Origin: an uncultured Gammaproteobacteria bacterium
GTDB taxonomy: Bacteria > Patescibacteriota > Microgenomatia > Levybacterales > GWA1-39-11
Length of the DNA: 64,000 nt
Reading direction: 5' to 3'
NCBI GenBank assembly: GCA_964409875.1
Contig: CAYPEN010000003.1
Location: 128,557 to 192,556, forward strand
Positions 17,285 through 26,894 of this stretch are shown in pieces. The position numbers and the translations under genes were made by a program. Position 1 is the first letter of the stretch; each line of letters opens with the position of its first letter. The notes beneath the pieces are model-generated. The model worked only from the letters and a program-made list of their open reading frames with translations, searched no databases and had not been told where the DNA came from.

Positions 17285-18661
17285 ATGCGGGATTTTCTCG
17301 TGTGGGCGGTATTATTTTATCTTCGCTTTTGGGCGCGTTTGGCGCTTACTCTTCATAGACCCTATGTCATCGGTGTAGCGGGTTCTGTCGGAAAATCATC
17401 AACCCGTAACGCGCTTTTTGCTGTCTTGAAGGACAATTTCAAAACAGAAGTGGTAAGTGGAAATTCTGAGACAGGAGTGCCTTTTGGAATATTGGGAATA
17501 ACCATTGATGGTTTTGACAAGAAAAATTGGTTCAGAACACTTATGAGGGCACCGTTTCGGTTGCATCATTTAAGGGGAATAACGCATTTAATAGTCGAAA
17601 TGGGTATCGATGACCCGTATCCACCAAAAAATATGTCGTACCTTTTAACTATAGTAAAACCGGATATGGGAATAGACCTTAATGCTACTGCCACACACAC
17701 GCAACAGTTCGAAAAACTCTTAAAAAAGCACACGAGAGACACGAAAGAGTTTCTGTTGGGAAAAATTGCAGAGGAGGACAGTAAAATAATAACAAACGGA
17801 TATACAAAAGTTGGCATCTACAACAAGGATGACGCGCGGGTAGTAGGTAAAATTGAAAAGAAAGCAGTTAGTGGCTCATTGATACTGCTTACATTCGGAT
17901 CGAGCAAAAGCTGCTCTGTGTACTATAAAGATTATACTGTTACAACAAAAAAAACAAAATTTTTATACGGTGTCCCAACGCAAAAAGGGGAGCGTGTTAT
18001 TGAATTATCCTTTCCTGGTATTCTTCTTCCACCAGCATCCCGCGAGAGTTTTGCATCCGTACTGCTTGCAAGTCACGCGCTTGGGCTTTCCTATGTTCAA
18101 ATAAAAGAATCTCTTGAAAAAAACTTCACACTCCCAAAAGGCCGTTCTTCACTTTTTGAGGGTATTAAAAACTCTCTTATTATCGACTCGTCGTACAACT
18201 CATCCAAAAGTACTGTCCTTTCTTTTTTAGAGCTTTGTAAAAACCTTAAAGAGCGCACAGGCAGACAAGTCGTTTTTTTAATGGGGGATATGCGGGAGCT
18301 CGGAAATGAAGCCAAAAGTGAGCATGAAGAAGTGGCAAATGCGTTAGTTTCCGTAGTTGACGAATTGTACTGCGTTGGACCATTAACAAATGAATATGTG
18401 GTGCCTCTAGTCAAAGAAACGATAGGGAAAAAAGGGAAAACGCGTAAAGTAGAGGTTTATAAAAACGCTGTTCAGGCCGGCCTTCATATGAAAGAAGAAT
18501 TGCCGGACAATGCATTGGTGCTTGTGAAAGGTTCACAAAATACTCTCTATCTTGAGGAGGCAATAAAGTTTTTACTTTCAAGCCAGAATGATGTGAAAAA
18601 CCTGACACGTCAAGAAGACTATTGGATAAAAACGAAGCAAGCATTTTTTAATATTCAGTGA
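17285..18661 (+). CDS. murF: UDP-N-acetylmuramoyl-tripeptide--D-alanyl-D-alanine ligase (Mur ligase family)
   Basis: Mur-ligase P-loop GVAGSVGKSST and C-terminal IDSSYNSS...FLMGDMRELG, which matches the MurF DDSYNAN...GDMLELG region. Confidence 0.7.
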   Translation: MRDFLVWAVLFYLRFWARLALTLHRPYVIGVAGSVGKSSTRNALFAVLKDNFKTEVVSGNSETGVPFGILGITIDGFDKKNWFRTLMRAPFRLHHLRGITHLIVEMGIDDPYPPKNMSYLLTIVKPDMGIDLNATATHTQQFEKLLKKHTRDTKEFLLGKIAEEDSKIITNGYTKVGIYNKDDARVVGKIEKKAVSGSLILLTFGSSKSCSVYYKDYTVTTKKTKFLYGVPTQKGERVIELSFPGILLPPASRESFASVLLASHALGLSYVQIKESLEKNFTLPKGRSSLFEGIKNSLIIDSSYNSSKSTVLSFLELCKNLKERTGRQVVFLMGDMRELGNEAKSEHEEVANALVSVVDELYCVGPLTNEYVVPLVKETIGKKGKTRKVEVYKNAVQAGLHMKEELPDNALVLVKGSQNTLYLEEAIKFLLSSQNDVKNLTRQEDYWIKTKQAFFNIQ

Positions 18662-19155
18662 GTTTTCTGGTATTCTTCACTTTTGTCTATGTCTTCCCCG
18701 ATGTTTAATTCCTGTGGATGTTCTTCGTCTTCATTTTGGGCAAGCCCCATTTTCTGTGCGCTTTTAAGAGTGTCATCATCGCTTGCAGGGTCGGAAGTTG
18801 TGCCGCTTATGTCTTGTTCGCTTTTTACAGAATCAGCGTAAGCACTATTAAGAGTTTCATTCTGAAGATAAGATGAGTTGTCTTCCGCTTCAGTTTTTTG
18901 GGGACTTTTAGGTTCTTGGGATGTTGAAGACTTCAGATTATCACTTGCAGTATCCATGTTCTTGTCGTACCGGAAATTGGATGCTGTTGCGACATTCGAA
19001 CTTGAAACTACTTGTGGGGGAGTATTTTTCTTATTGTTGGTGGTGATGCCCGGTAGTCCTGTTGTATCATTTATCATTTCGGCAAAATCGCCAGACGGGT
19101 CGAGAGGAGTTTTGATATTCGATTTATCGTTCATACAGCAACGATACAAAAGCAA
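18655..19155 (-). CDS. hypothetical acidic, low-complexity protein
   Basis: 166 aa, Ser/Thr/Asp/Glu-rich, likely disordered. Confidence 0.3.
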   Translation of the reverse strand: MLLYRCCMNDKSNIKTPLDPSGDFAEMINDTTGLPGITTNNKKNTPPQVVSSSNVATASNFRYDKNMDTASDNLKSSTSQEPKSPQKTEAEDNSSYLQNETLNSAYADSVKSEQDISGTTSDPASDDDTLKSAQKMGLAQNEDEEHPQELNIGEDIDKSEEYQKTH

Positions 19156-19227
19156 TATAAAGAGAAGAAAAGATGAAGGTTGGAGATGTGAAAGAGTGTG
19201 CCGAAGTTATTGCCTCTTCAGTGATAT

Positions 19228-20964
19228 TTACCCGAAAGTAAATGCAAAAACATTCGAATTGTCGTCAAGGAAGATGAGTTGAATGACATGCTCCTCGGCC
19301 TTCGTAAAATGAAGCAGATGATAAAGCTTATTTTCATTGACTGTAATTTCCCCGTTTTTAACATCATTACCGTTAAACTTTTCAGGCAAAGTAACACCAT
19401 CAAGCAGTACCTTTATTTTGGAATTACCGTTCTTGCTATTTATGACAAGATATACGTCTTTTGCATTGAAGTGATAGGCAAGTAGAGAGTTAGCAAACGG
19501 CATTGCAGTTTGGTGCCCGATATTCCACTTTCCCTCGTACGCAAAAGAATTAAAATCAAGCTCGTCAGGAAGCGAATACGTTGTAACAGTATCGGGCATT
19601 GCTTCTTCTTTTGATGCAAACTTTCCGAGCCTGTCGTACCCTAAATACGTTTCAGGGGAGAGTGTCTCAATAGAGTATTCTTTGTTTTGCACTTTTTCGT
19701 TAACAGTTGCTCCTGTTTCTTTCAGAAGTTCCTGAATTTGTTTTTCGGTTTCATCATAATTCCCTTCGCCAAAATGCGTCATTCTCACTTTCCCATTCTT
19801 GTCGATGAGATACTTTGCCGGCCAATATTGATTTTCGTACGCATTCCAAGTGTCGTAATTGTTGTCCTGCATGACAGGATACGTAATTTGAAAGTCTTTG
19901 AGCGCTTTTTCTACGTTGTCAGGATTTTTTTCAAATTCGAATTCAGGAGTATGAACTCCGATAATAACAAGCCCTTTGTCCTTATATTTTTCATTCCAGG
20001 ATTTTATATACGGTAGTGTTCTTATGCAGTTGATGCAGGTGTAGGTCCAAAAATCAACGAGTACCACTTTCCCATGAAGCGAAGCTATTGTGAGGGGATT
20101 GCTGTTGAACCATTTACCTCCCGGTATGAGTTCCGGTGCTTGCGGATATGTATTCATATCAATGGATTTGCCTAACATTTGTTGATCAATTGAGGGAGTT
20201 TTTAGCCCTTTTAGGGAATTTTTTACAGCATTATTTTCTTCTATCTTTATGAGTCCTGCTCCATATTGTGGAAATTTTTGAATTATATACGCTTGGAATG
20301 TACGGTCGAGTCCAAAAAACATTGCAATTGCGGTTATTACCATAAGAATTCCAAAGGCTTTTTGGATGTTAACGGTATTTCTTAAAAGCCAGGGGACTTT
20401 TTGCAAAAGGGCTCTTCCCCCGAAAGTAATAAGAAGCATCGGAATTGCAGTGCCCGTGGCATACGAGAAAGTAATCAGTATTGCTGCCCCGTTCACGGAA
20501 TTGGCGGCTGCAAGGGCTATGACTGATGCGATAATTGGGCCAACGCATGGGGTCCACACCAGGCCAAGGCTTAAACCAAGCGCAATTCCGCTGAAAAAGC
20601 TTGTCCCTTGCTGCTTATTGGAAGAAAATAAACCCGAAATTTTTGTAAAAAGACGTTCCATTCCTGCCTGGAACTGTGGAAGCAGAAGGCTAAGTCCGAA
20701 AAGAAAGACAACCGTAATTGAGAAGTTACGCAAAGTGTCGGGGGATACGCCGGTTGCTTTAACAATAGATGAAAGAAAGAGTGTGAAGAGTGTGAAGCTC
20801 AAAATGAACCCGATTACGATTCCTACAGGACGTTTGTGCCCGCCGGATAGAGAGCCCGAAAGGACGATTGGAAGGACCGGCAGTATGCAGGGTGAAAGAA
20901 CGGTGACGAGCCCTGCCAAAAAAGCGAACAAAAAGAGGATCATAGAAAAAGCGTACTCCCACAA
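19228..20964 (-). CDS. thiol:disulfide interchange protein: CcdA/DsbD transmembrane domain fused to a TlpA-like thioredoxin domain
   Basis: N-terminal LSPCILPVLP and a second conserved Cys (CVGPI). Periplasmic WTYTCINC (CxxC) thioredoxin fold. Extra C-terminal domain of unknown function. Confidence 0.7.
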   Translation of the reverse strand: MWEYAFSMILFLFAFLAGLVTVLSPCILPVLPIVLSGSLSGGHKRPVGIVIGFILSFTLFTLFLSSIVKATGVSPDTLRNFSITVVFLFGLSLLLPQFQAGMERLFTKISGLFSSNKQQGTSFFSGIALGLSLGLVWTPCVGPIIASVIALAAANSVNGAAILITFSYATGTAIPMLLITFGGRALLQKVPWLLRNTVNIQKAFGILMVITAIAMFFGLDRTFQAYIIQKFPQYGAGLIKIEENNAVKNSLKGLKTPSIDQQMLGKSIDMNTYPQAPELIPGGKWFNSNPLTIASLHGKVVLVDFWTYTCINCIRTLPYIKSWNEKYKDKGLVIIGVHTPEFEFEKNPDNVEKALKDFQITYPVMQDNNYDTWNAYENQYWPAKYLIDKNGKVRMTHFGEGNYDETEKQIQELLKETGATVNEKVQNKEYSIETLSPETYLGYDRLGKFASKEEAMPDTVTTYSLPDELDFNSFAYEGKWNIGHQTAMPFANSLLAYHFNAKDVYLVINSKNGNSKIKVLLDGVTLPEKFNGNDVKNGEITVNENKLYHLLHFTKAEEHVIQLIFLDDNSNVFAFTFG

Positions 20965-20999
20965 TGAGTAAATGTCAAGTAGACTTTACATTTGAAGGA

Positions 21000-21374
21000 T
21001 TATTTTTTTCTTGAAGAGTAGAACCGATAGCCTATTTTTGCAAGAATCATACCAATCGCCGTGAAAATGAGCCAAGCATCAATGTCATGGTTAAGACTTT
21101 GCTTGACAATACCAATAATTGCTATCGACAATCCTGTGATAAATGATATCCGTCCGGCCCCGAGTACGTGGAGGCTTTCTCTTTCATCGTTTGCTTTTTC
21201 CCTCCAGATTAACCCGGCAAAGATAAAAAACAAAACGATAACAATTATTCCTGTCATTCCAGTCGCATTCATAGGCATAAGTAATCCTGTGGGGCTTAAG
21301 AAAAGTACGAGAAAACCTACAAGAATGATTGCAACGAAAAGTTCGGCTATTATATTTTTATCTTTCATTTTCAA
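21000..21374 (-). CDS. small multi-TM membrane protein (DUF2178-like)
   Basis: Four predicted TM helices. Overlaps and is co-oriented with an XRE HTH regulator, a known pairing for DUF2178. Confidence 0.4.
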   Translation of the reverse strand: MKMKDKNIIAELFVAIILVGFLVLFLSPTGLLMPMNATGMTGIIVIVLFFIFAGLIWREKANDERESLHVLGAGRISFITGLSIAIIGIVKQSLNHDIDAWLIFTAIGMILAKIGYRFYSSRKK

Positions 21375-21561
21375 CGGAAAAAATATCTTCGACCATTACA
21401 TTAAAGTATTTTGCAATTTTAATTGCAAGAAGCACAGAGGGTGTGTAATTCCCTTTCTCTATAGCAATAACCGTCTGCCTTGTCACGCCTATGGCATGTC
21501 CCAATTCTTCTTGGGTAAGCCCTTTTTTTGTTCTGTATGTAAAAAGATTATTTCTAAGCAT
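21358..21561 (-). CDS. XRE/Cro-C1-family HTH transcriptional regulator
   Basis: LTQEELGHAIGVTRQTVIAIEKG helix-turn-helix. Confidence 0.7.
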   Translation of the reverse strand: MLRNNLFTYRTKKGLTQEELGHAIGVTRQTVIAIEKGNYTPSVLLAIKIAKYFNVMVEDIFSVENER

Positions 21562-21799
21562 CGGAAAGAATTATACAGCTTTTTCCATAAGAACTCGCTG
21601 TTTGCAAGAAAAACGTCTTTAAAGATCCAAAAAATTGTGCAAGTTATCGCATAGTTATTTTATAACTTCGTTATTTTAGCTTTTTGTCAGTTATCTTATT
21701 TTTCTTTGGTTAAATCGCCATTGTGGATTTAAATAAGCATAGCATACCAAAGTTAATGTAACCTCATAGAACTTCACCATATTTACTATCTGTGGATAG

Positions 21800-21828
21800 T
21801 TGACTTTATCATTCAATTAGCCTATAAT
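21800..21828 (+). promoter_or_regulatory. consensus sigma70 promoter TTGACT-N17-TATAAT, with palindrome CTATCTGTGGATAG abutting the -35
   Basis: -35 at 21800-21805, -10 at 21823-21828, palindrome at 21787-21800. Confidence 0.5.
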
Positions 21829-21850
21829 TCACAGCTTATATTAAAAAAAT

Positions 21851-22051
21851 ATGGGATATAACAAAACAAGTGCATTTTTAACCGTACAGGAGGTTGCAGA
21901 ACTTCTACGTTTGAGCGTTTTAACCATCTATAAATACATAAAAGAGGGCCAACTTGAGGCTTTAGAGTTCGGCGGACATTACCGTGTGTCACCCCTTTCT
22001 CTTGAACATTTTATTCAAAAACACATAGTGGGAGGTGGGGAAAATGCATAA
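21851..22051 (+). CDS. excisionase-family (HTH_17/MerR-like) DNA-binding protein
   Basis: LTVQEVAELLRLSVLTIYKYIKEGQL, the helix-turn-helix of Xis/AlpA-type binders. Its stop overlaps the next gene's start (ATGCATAA). Confidence 0.55.
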   Translation: MGYNKTSAFLTVQEVAELLRLSVLTIYKYIKEGQLEALEFGGHYRVSPLSLEHFIQKHIVGGGENA

Positions 22052-24278
22052 GAATGCGCTCAAAAAAGAAATTTCAATTATTGTTCCGACATACAACGAG
22101 GTTGACAACATTGAAGAATTGGTTGTGCGGATAAACAGCACTTTTCTTCCCCAAAATTATAATTATGAAATTATTTTCATAGACGATAAGTCAACTGATA
22201 GAACTCCGTTGAGGATAAATGCGTTATGTAAAGCGTATCCTGTAAGGTTCTTTTCTAAGCAAGGAAGAAAGGGGAAAGCGTATTCGCTTTTAGAGGGTTT
22301 TTCTAAGGCAAAATACCAAAATATTGCAATTATTGACGCAGATTTACAGTATCCCCCTGAAGCGATATTGCCAATGGTTAAAAAGCTTTCGTCATTTGAT
22401 GTAGTTGTTGCCAATAGGCAGCAATACAAAGAAGGGTTGACCAGGAAACTCATGAGTAAAACATTTAGAACCTTCTTTGGGAAATTTTTATTCGGGATAG
22501 ATGAAGACGTACAGTCGGGGCTGAAAGTATTTAAGAAAAAAGTAGTTGAGTCTATACATTTTACCCCCTCATCCCAGTGGACATTTGATTTAGAGTTCCT
22601 GCACCGCGCTCGAGAAGCCGGGTTTGTTACTTCTTCTTACGACATTGCATTTGCAAAAAGAAAAAAGGGAAGTTCAAAAGTTGAAGCAGTCAAGACATCT
22701 CTTGAGATAGGACTGAATGCCCTTAAATTCAAATTCAAACGAATTCATCCAGTTCACATTGCATCCAATGGACAAGGGATGGTGGGTGCGGGTATCGGGT
22801 ACAAAAAACGCCAGTTCGTAACACATACAACGCTTCCTCATAACAAAAGCGCAGTAAGAACATTTCTTTTAAGACAAAAGCTTTTTATAGGAATTCTTGT
22901 GGCAACGACAGTTATCGGGTTAATTTTCAACACAATGGTAACGCTGGGTGTTTTGATTGCCTTTTTGTCTGCTGTCTATTTCCTTGACGTTGTATTTAAT
23001 GCGCTGTTAATTCTTAAGAGTCTCAAGCACGAGCAAGATATTCATGTAGGTGATGAGGCAATCAAAAATCTTTCCGATGAAAAATTGCCTGTTTACACAA
23101 TTCTTTGCCCGCTCTATAAAGAGGGGCATATAATTGCGCAATTTGTCGATGCTATCTCGCGCCTTTCATGGCCGAAAGACAAGCTTGATGTTTTACTTTT
23201 ATTGGAAGAGGATGATAAAGAATCACAGGAAGTTGCAAAAACACTCAATCTGCCGTCTTTTGTCAGGACAATAGTTGTCCCGAATTCGCAGCCTAAAACA
23301 AAACCGAAAGCATGTAATTACGGACTCTCGTATGCGAAAGGCGATTATTTGGTCATCTACGACGCTGAGGATATCCCCGACCCTATGCAGCTTAAAAAAG
23401 CGTATCTAGGGTTTAAGAAAGCCGGAAGTTCGGTTAAGTGCCTTCAGGCAAAACTTAACTACCACAACCCCCATCAAAATCTTTTGACTCGCTTCTTCAC
23501 AGCCGAATACTCACTGTGGTTTGATGTGACGCTTACCGGCTATCAATCCATTAACACGACAATCCCACTCGGTGGAACGTCAAACCATTTCAGGACAAAG
23601 GATTTACTGTCTCTTCAGGGCTGGGACCCTTTCAATGTGACAGAAGACGCTGACCTTGGGGTGAGGCTTTTTAAAGAAGGGTATAGAACCGCAATAATCG
23701 ACTCGACAACTCTTGAGGAAGCCAATTCAAAGTGGGGAAATTGGGTAAGACAACGCTCGAGGTGGATAAAAGGGTACATGCAGACGTATTTGGTCCATAC
23801 AAGAAATCCGTACGCTTTTGTCAAAACCAACAGGCACCACGCATTCCTTTTCAACATGATTCTGGGAGGGAAGATAGCTTTCATTCTTATAAATCCTTTT
23901 CTTTGGCTTGCAACGTTTTCCTATTTTGCGCTCTATGCGTACGTCGGGCCTGCAATTGAGCGGCTGTACCCTGCGGTTGTTTTCTACATGGCCGGATTTT
24001 CGCTGGTTTTTGGGAACTTTTTGTACCTTTATTACTACATGATAGGGCTTATGAAGCGTGAGCAGTACGCTCTTATCAAATACATTTACCTTGTCCCTTT
24101 CTACTGGCTCATGATTTCATTTGCAGGGTTTTATGCATTGTATCAGCTCATTCTAAAACCCCACTATTGGGAGAAAACAGTCCATGGGCTCGTCAAAGAG
24201 AAAGAACCAAAGAAAGCTTTTGCATTACCGAAAATTCTAGTTACACCCGTCAGGTACGGGATGTCATTATTCGCCTAG
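22044..24278 (+). CDS. dual-domain family-2 glycosyltransferase (DPM1-like GT2 + processive GT2 with QxxRW), polytopic
   Basis: N-terminal IIVPTYNEVDNIEEL...FIDDKSTD...DADLQYP. A second domain carries DAEDIPDP and QRSRWIKG. Multiple TM helices lie between and after the two domains. RBS GGAGGTGGGG upstream of the ATG at 22044. Confidence 0.7.
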   Translation: MHKNALKKEISIIVPTYNEVDNIEELVVRINSTFLPQNYNYEIIFIDDKSTDRTPLRINALCKAYPVRFFSKQGRKGKAYSLLEGFSKAKYQNIAIIDADLQYPPEAILPMVKKLSSFDVVVANRQQYKEGLTRKLMSKTFRTFFGKFLFGIDEDVQSGLKVFKKKVVESIHFTPSSQWTFDLEFLHRAREAGFVTSSYDIAFAKRKKGSSKVEAVKTSLEIGLNALKFKFKRIHPVHIASNGQGMVGAGIGYKKRQFVTHTTLPHNKSAVRTFLLRQKLFIGILVATTVIGLIFNTMVTLGVLIAFLSAVYFLDVVFNALLILKSLKHEQDIHVGDEAIKNLSDEKLPVYTILCPLYKEGHIIAQFVDAISRLSWPKDKLDVLLLLEEDDKESQEVAKTLNLPSFVRTIVVPNSQPKTKPKACNYGLSYAKGDYLVIYDAEDIPDPMQLKKAYLGFKKAGSSVKCLQAKLNYHNPHQNLLTRFFTAEYSLWFDVTLTGYQSINTTIPLGGTSNHFRTKDLLSLQGWDPFNVTEDADLGVRLFKEGYRTAIIDSTTLEEANSKWGNWVRQRSRWIKGYMQTYLVHTRNPYAFVKTNRHHAFLFNMILGGKIAFILINPFLWLATFSYFALYAYVGPAIERLYPAVVFYMAGFSLVFGNFLYLYYYMIGLMKREQYALIKYIYLVPFYWLMISFAGFYALYQLILKPHYWEKTVHGLVKEKEPKKAFALPKILVTPVRYGMSLFA

Positions 24279-24292
24279 TTTAGGCAAAAAAT

Positions 24293-26890
24293 ATGAAGTT
24301 ATTGGATACCTCAAGAACACTCCGTTCTGTTAAGAACGGGGATGAATTGAGGAGAAAAAACCTCTTCCTTTCGAGGCATGTCCTAGGCTTTAGCCTAGGA
24401 AAGAGGTTATTTAAAAAATTTAAAGGTTCAGATAGTGCTGTCAAAAGACGGGCAGGGTTTGTCTTATTTGCAACGGCATTATCAAATGTCTTCAACCTTC
24501 TGTATAACGCATTCTTAGGCAGAAGCGTAAGTCTAGAAGACTTTGCGCTCATCAGCCTTATCGGTGGAATCCTTTCAATAACCGATATTCCGGTAGGCGC
24601 TTTGGGTAAAGCTGTTGTCTATAAAAGTGCGTATCATTTCGGCAAATACAACAAGCCGGCAACCGCATTCTGGCAGTATCTTCGGAAAAGGGCAATTGTA
24701 GCTTCAATTATTGTTTCGCTTCTTTGGGTTTTGGCAAGCGTTGGGATTACGCATTTTTTTCATATCGGGAGCATTTGGCCGGTTCTACTTATTACCCCAA
24801 TTTGGGCAACCACTTTGCTTTCATCTGTTGACGGTGGTTACTTAAATGGAAATCTAAAATTTGTGTTTCTTGCCTGCATTGCGCTTGTAGAATCTGTCAT
24901 TAAGCTCACTATTGCATTTCTTTTAGTTAAAGCCGGCTATGATGAATTTGCCTATCTATCTATAGTTTTGTCATCAGCTGTATCCTTCATCTTAATTGTT
25001 GCTGCAGCTGCCAGAATTAAAAAGCCTTCAATAATCCGTATTCAGAAAAATGCATTAGCTTTTCCCTTTAAATTTTATTTTTCAAGCGCAATAACAAAAA
25101 TTTCAAATGTTGTTTACCTTTCGAGTGATGTAATTTTGGCAAAACACTTTCTTGCACCTAGCCAAGCAGGGGAATATGCATTATTATCACTCTCGGGCAA
25201 AATGGTGTTTTTTGCAGGATCGCTTTTTGCCCAATTTATCCTTCCAATTGTAAGCCACAAAGAAGGTTCTGGAAAAAATTCACACAAGGTTTTCTACCAA
25301 TTGCTGCTTGCTTCTTTTGCTTCAAGTTTTCTTGCTTTTCTTATGGTTGGGGCTCTAGGGCACTTTACCATGCCATTTATTTTCGGGAAAAAGACGGCAG
25401 CAATTATTGGATTACTTCCGCTTTACTCACTTGCGATGGTGGCATTTACGGTTGCCACGAATATAGTGTCATTTGACCAAATAAAAGGGAAACATGTTTT
25501 GCCTGTCGTAAGTTTTCTTTTGGCAATAGGAGAAATTGTGGGAATTCTTATGTTCCACGATTCCTTAAAAAGTATCTCGAGTGTTATGGTTGTCATGGGC
25601 CTTTTAAGTTTTGGTGTTATTGGGCTCTTGCACATATTGGAGCCATTCTATACGACAATATTTACCAACCTTCGTGATTTCTTTGATGTCTTTTTGCCAT
25701 ACGATACACAAAAAGCAACAAATGGGCTTCGGATTTTAGTTCTTAATTGGCGGGACACGAAGCATAAATGGGCAGGGGGGGCAGAAGTTTACGTCCAGGA
25801 ACTTGCCAAAAGATGGGTAAATGAAGGCAATTCAGTTACCATATTTTGCGGAAATGATAGAAAAAACAGCCGGAATGAGACTATTGATGGTGTAAACATA
25901 GTAAGGCGCGGAGGATTTTATACCGTATATCTGTGGGCAGCATTGTATTATGCGCTTCGGTTTAGACGGGACTTTGATGTGATTGTTGATTCTGAGAATG
26001 GCATTCCATTCATGAGCCCACTTTTTTCAACCAAGCCGGTTGTCCTTCTTATTCATCACGTGCATCAGGAAGTTTTTGTGACAAATATGAAATTCCCGTT
26101 GTCTTATATAGGCAAATTTATAGAAGGAAAATTGATGCCATTCGTATACCGCAACAAAACAGTCATAACGGTTAGTGAGTCTTCCAAAAAGGAAATCATA
26201 AAAGCGGGGATTGCAAAAGAAGAGAATATCCAAATCGTTAATCCCGGAATTGAGATAGCTACAGGAAGAATTAGAAAGTCGTCAGTTCCGCAACTAATTT
26301 ATTTAGGACGGCTAAAGGCCTACAAGAACGTTGACGTTGCGATACGTGCGTTCTCACTGGTTTTGTCAAAAGTGAAAAAAGCAAAGTTTTTGATTGTGGG
26401 AGAAGGAGAAGCGATAAGAGACTTACAGGATATCGTAATCAAAATGGAATTAACCGACAAAGTCAGCTTTTTAGGGAAAGTTACGGAACAAGAAAAAATA
26501 AAACATCTATCAGAAAGCTGGGTTGCGGTACAACCGTCTGACGTTGAAGGGTGGGGGATTACTGTTCTTGAGGCAAATGCATGCAAGACTCCGGTTGTTG
26601 CATCAAAAACAAATGGACTGAAAGACTCAATAATTGACGGAAAAACAGGACTTCTTATTCCTGTCAAAGACACGAAAGGCTTTGCAAATAGCATTACAAA
26701 GCTTATGAGAAATGAAAAATTGAGGGCCTCATATTCAAAAAATGCATATACCTGGGCTAAGAATTTCAGTTGGGACGAAACATCAAGAATGTTTTTCAAC
26801 GTATTGTCGTACGAAGTAACCAACAAACAAAGAATATTCTCAATTGAGCGTCTCGGTTATCTCATGAGCCGCGTCACATCACTTTTTTAA
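24293..26890 (+). CDS. fusion of a polytopic Wzx/MOP-flippase-like membrane domain with a GT4 (GT-B) glycosyltransferase
   Basis: The first ~440 aa have 10-12 predicted TM helices. The C-terminus has GT4 hallmarks (LVLNWRDTKHKWAGGAEVY; E-x7-E region GWGITVLEANACKTPVVAS). Confidence 0.6.
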   Translation: MKLLDTSRTLRSVKNGDELRRKNLFLSRHVLGFSLGKRLFKKFKGSDSAVKRRAGFVLFATALSNVFNLLYNAFLGRSVSLEDFALISLIGGILSITDIPVGALGKAVVYKSAYHFGKYNKPATAFWQYLRKRAIVASIIVSLLWVLASVGITHFFHIGSIWPVLLITPIWATTLLSSVDGGYLNGNLKFVFLACIALVESVIKLTIAFLLVKAGYDEFAYLSIVLSSAVSFILIVAAAARIKKPSIIRIQKNALAFPFKFYFSSAITKISNVVYLSSDVILAKHFLAPSQAGEYALLSLSGKMVFFAGSLFAQFILPIVSHKEGSGKNSHKVFYQLLLASFASSFLAFLMVGALGHFTMPFIFGKKTAAIIGLLPLYSLAMVAFTVATNIVSFDQIKGKHVLPVVSFLLAIGEIVGILMFHDSLKSISSVMVVMGLLSFGVIGLLHILEPFYTTIFTNLRDFFDVFLPYDTQKATNGLRILVLNWRDTKHKWAGGAEVYVQELAKRWVNEGNSVTIFCGNDRKNSRNETIDGVNIVRRGGFYTVYLWAALYYALRFRRDFDVIVDSENGIPFMSPLFSTKPVVLLIHHVHQEVFVTNMKFPLSYIGKFIEGKLMPFVYRNKTVITVSESSKKEIIKAGIAKEENIQIVNPGIEIATGRIRKSSVPQLIYLGRLKAYKNVDVAIRAFSLVLSKVKKAKFLIVGEGEAIRDLQDIVIKMELTDKVSFLGKVTEQEKIKHLSESWVAVQPSDVEGWGITVLEANACKTPVVASKTNGLKDSIIDGKTGLLIPVKDTKGFANSITKLMRNEKLRASYSKNAYTWAKNFSWDETSRMFFNVLSYEVTNKQRIFSIERLGYLMSRVTSLF

Positions 26891-26894
26891 ATTT

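Noticed and set aside
26320-26826. ORF 26320-26826(-), 168 aa, with similar antisense ORFs inside zwf, the ABC genes and the HK
   Set aside because: It is antisense to a well-supported GT4 domain with conserved motifs, and has no RBS or conservation signal.
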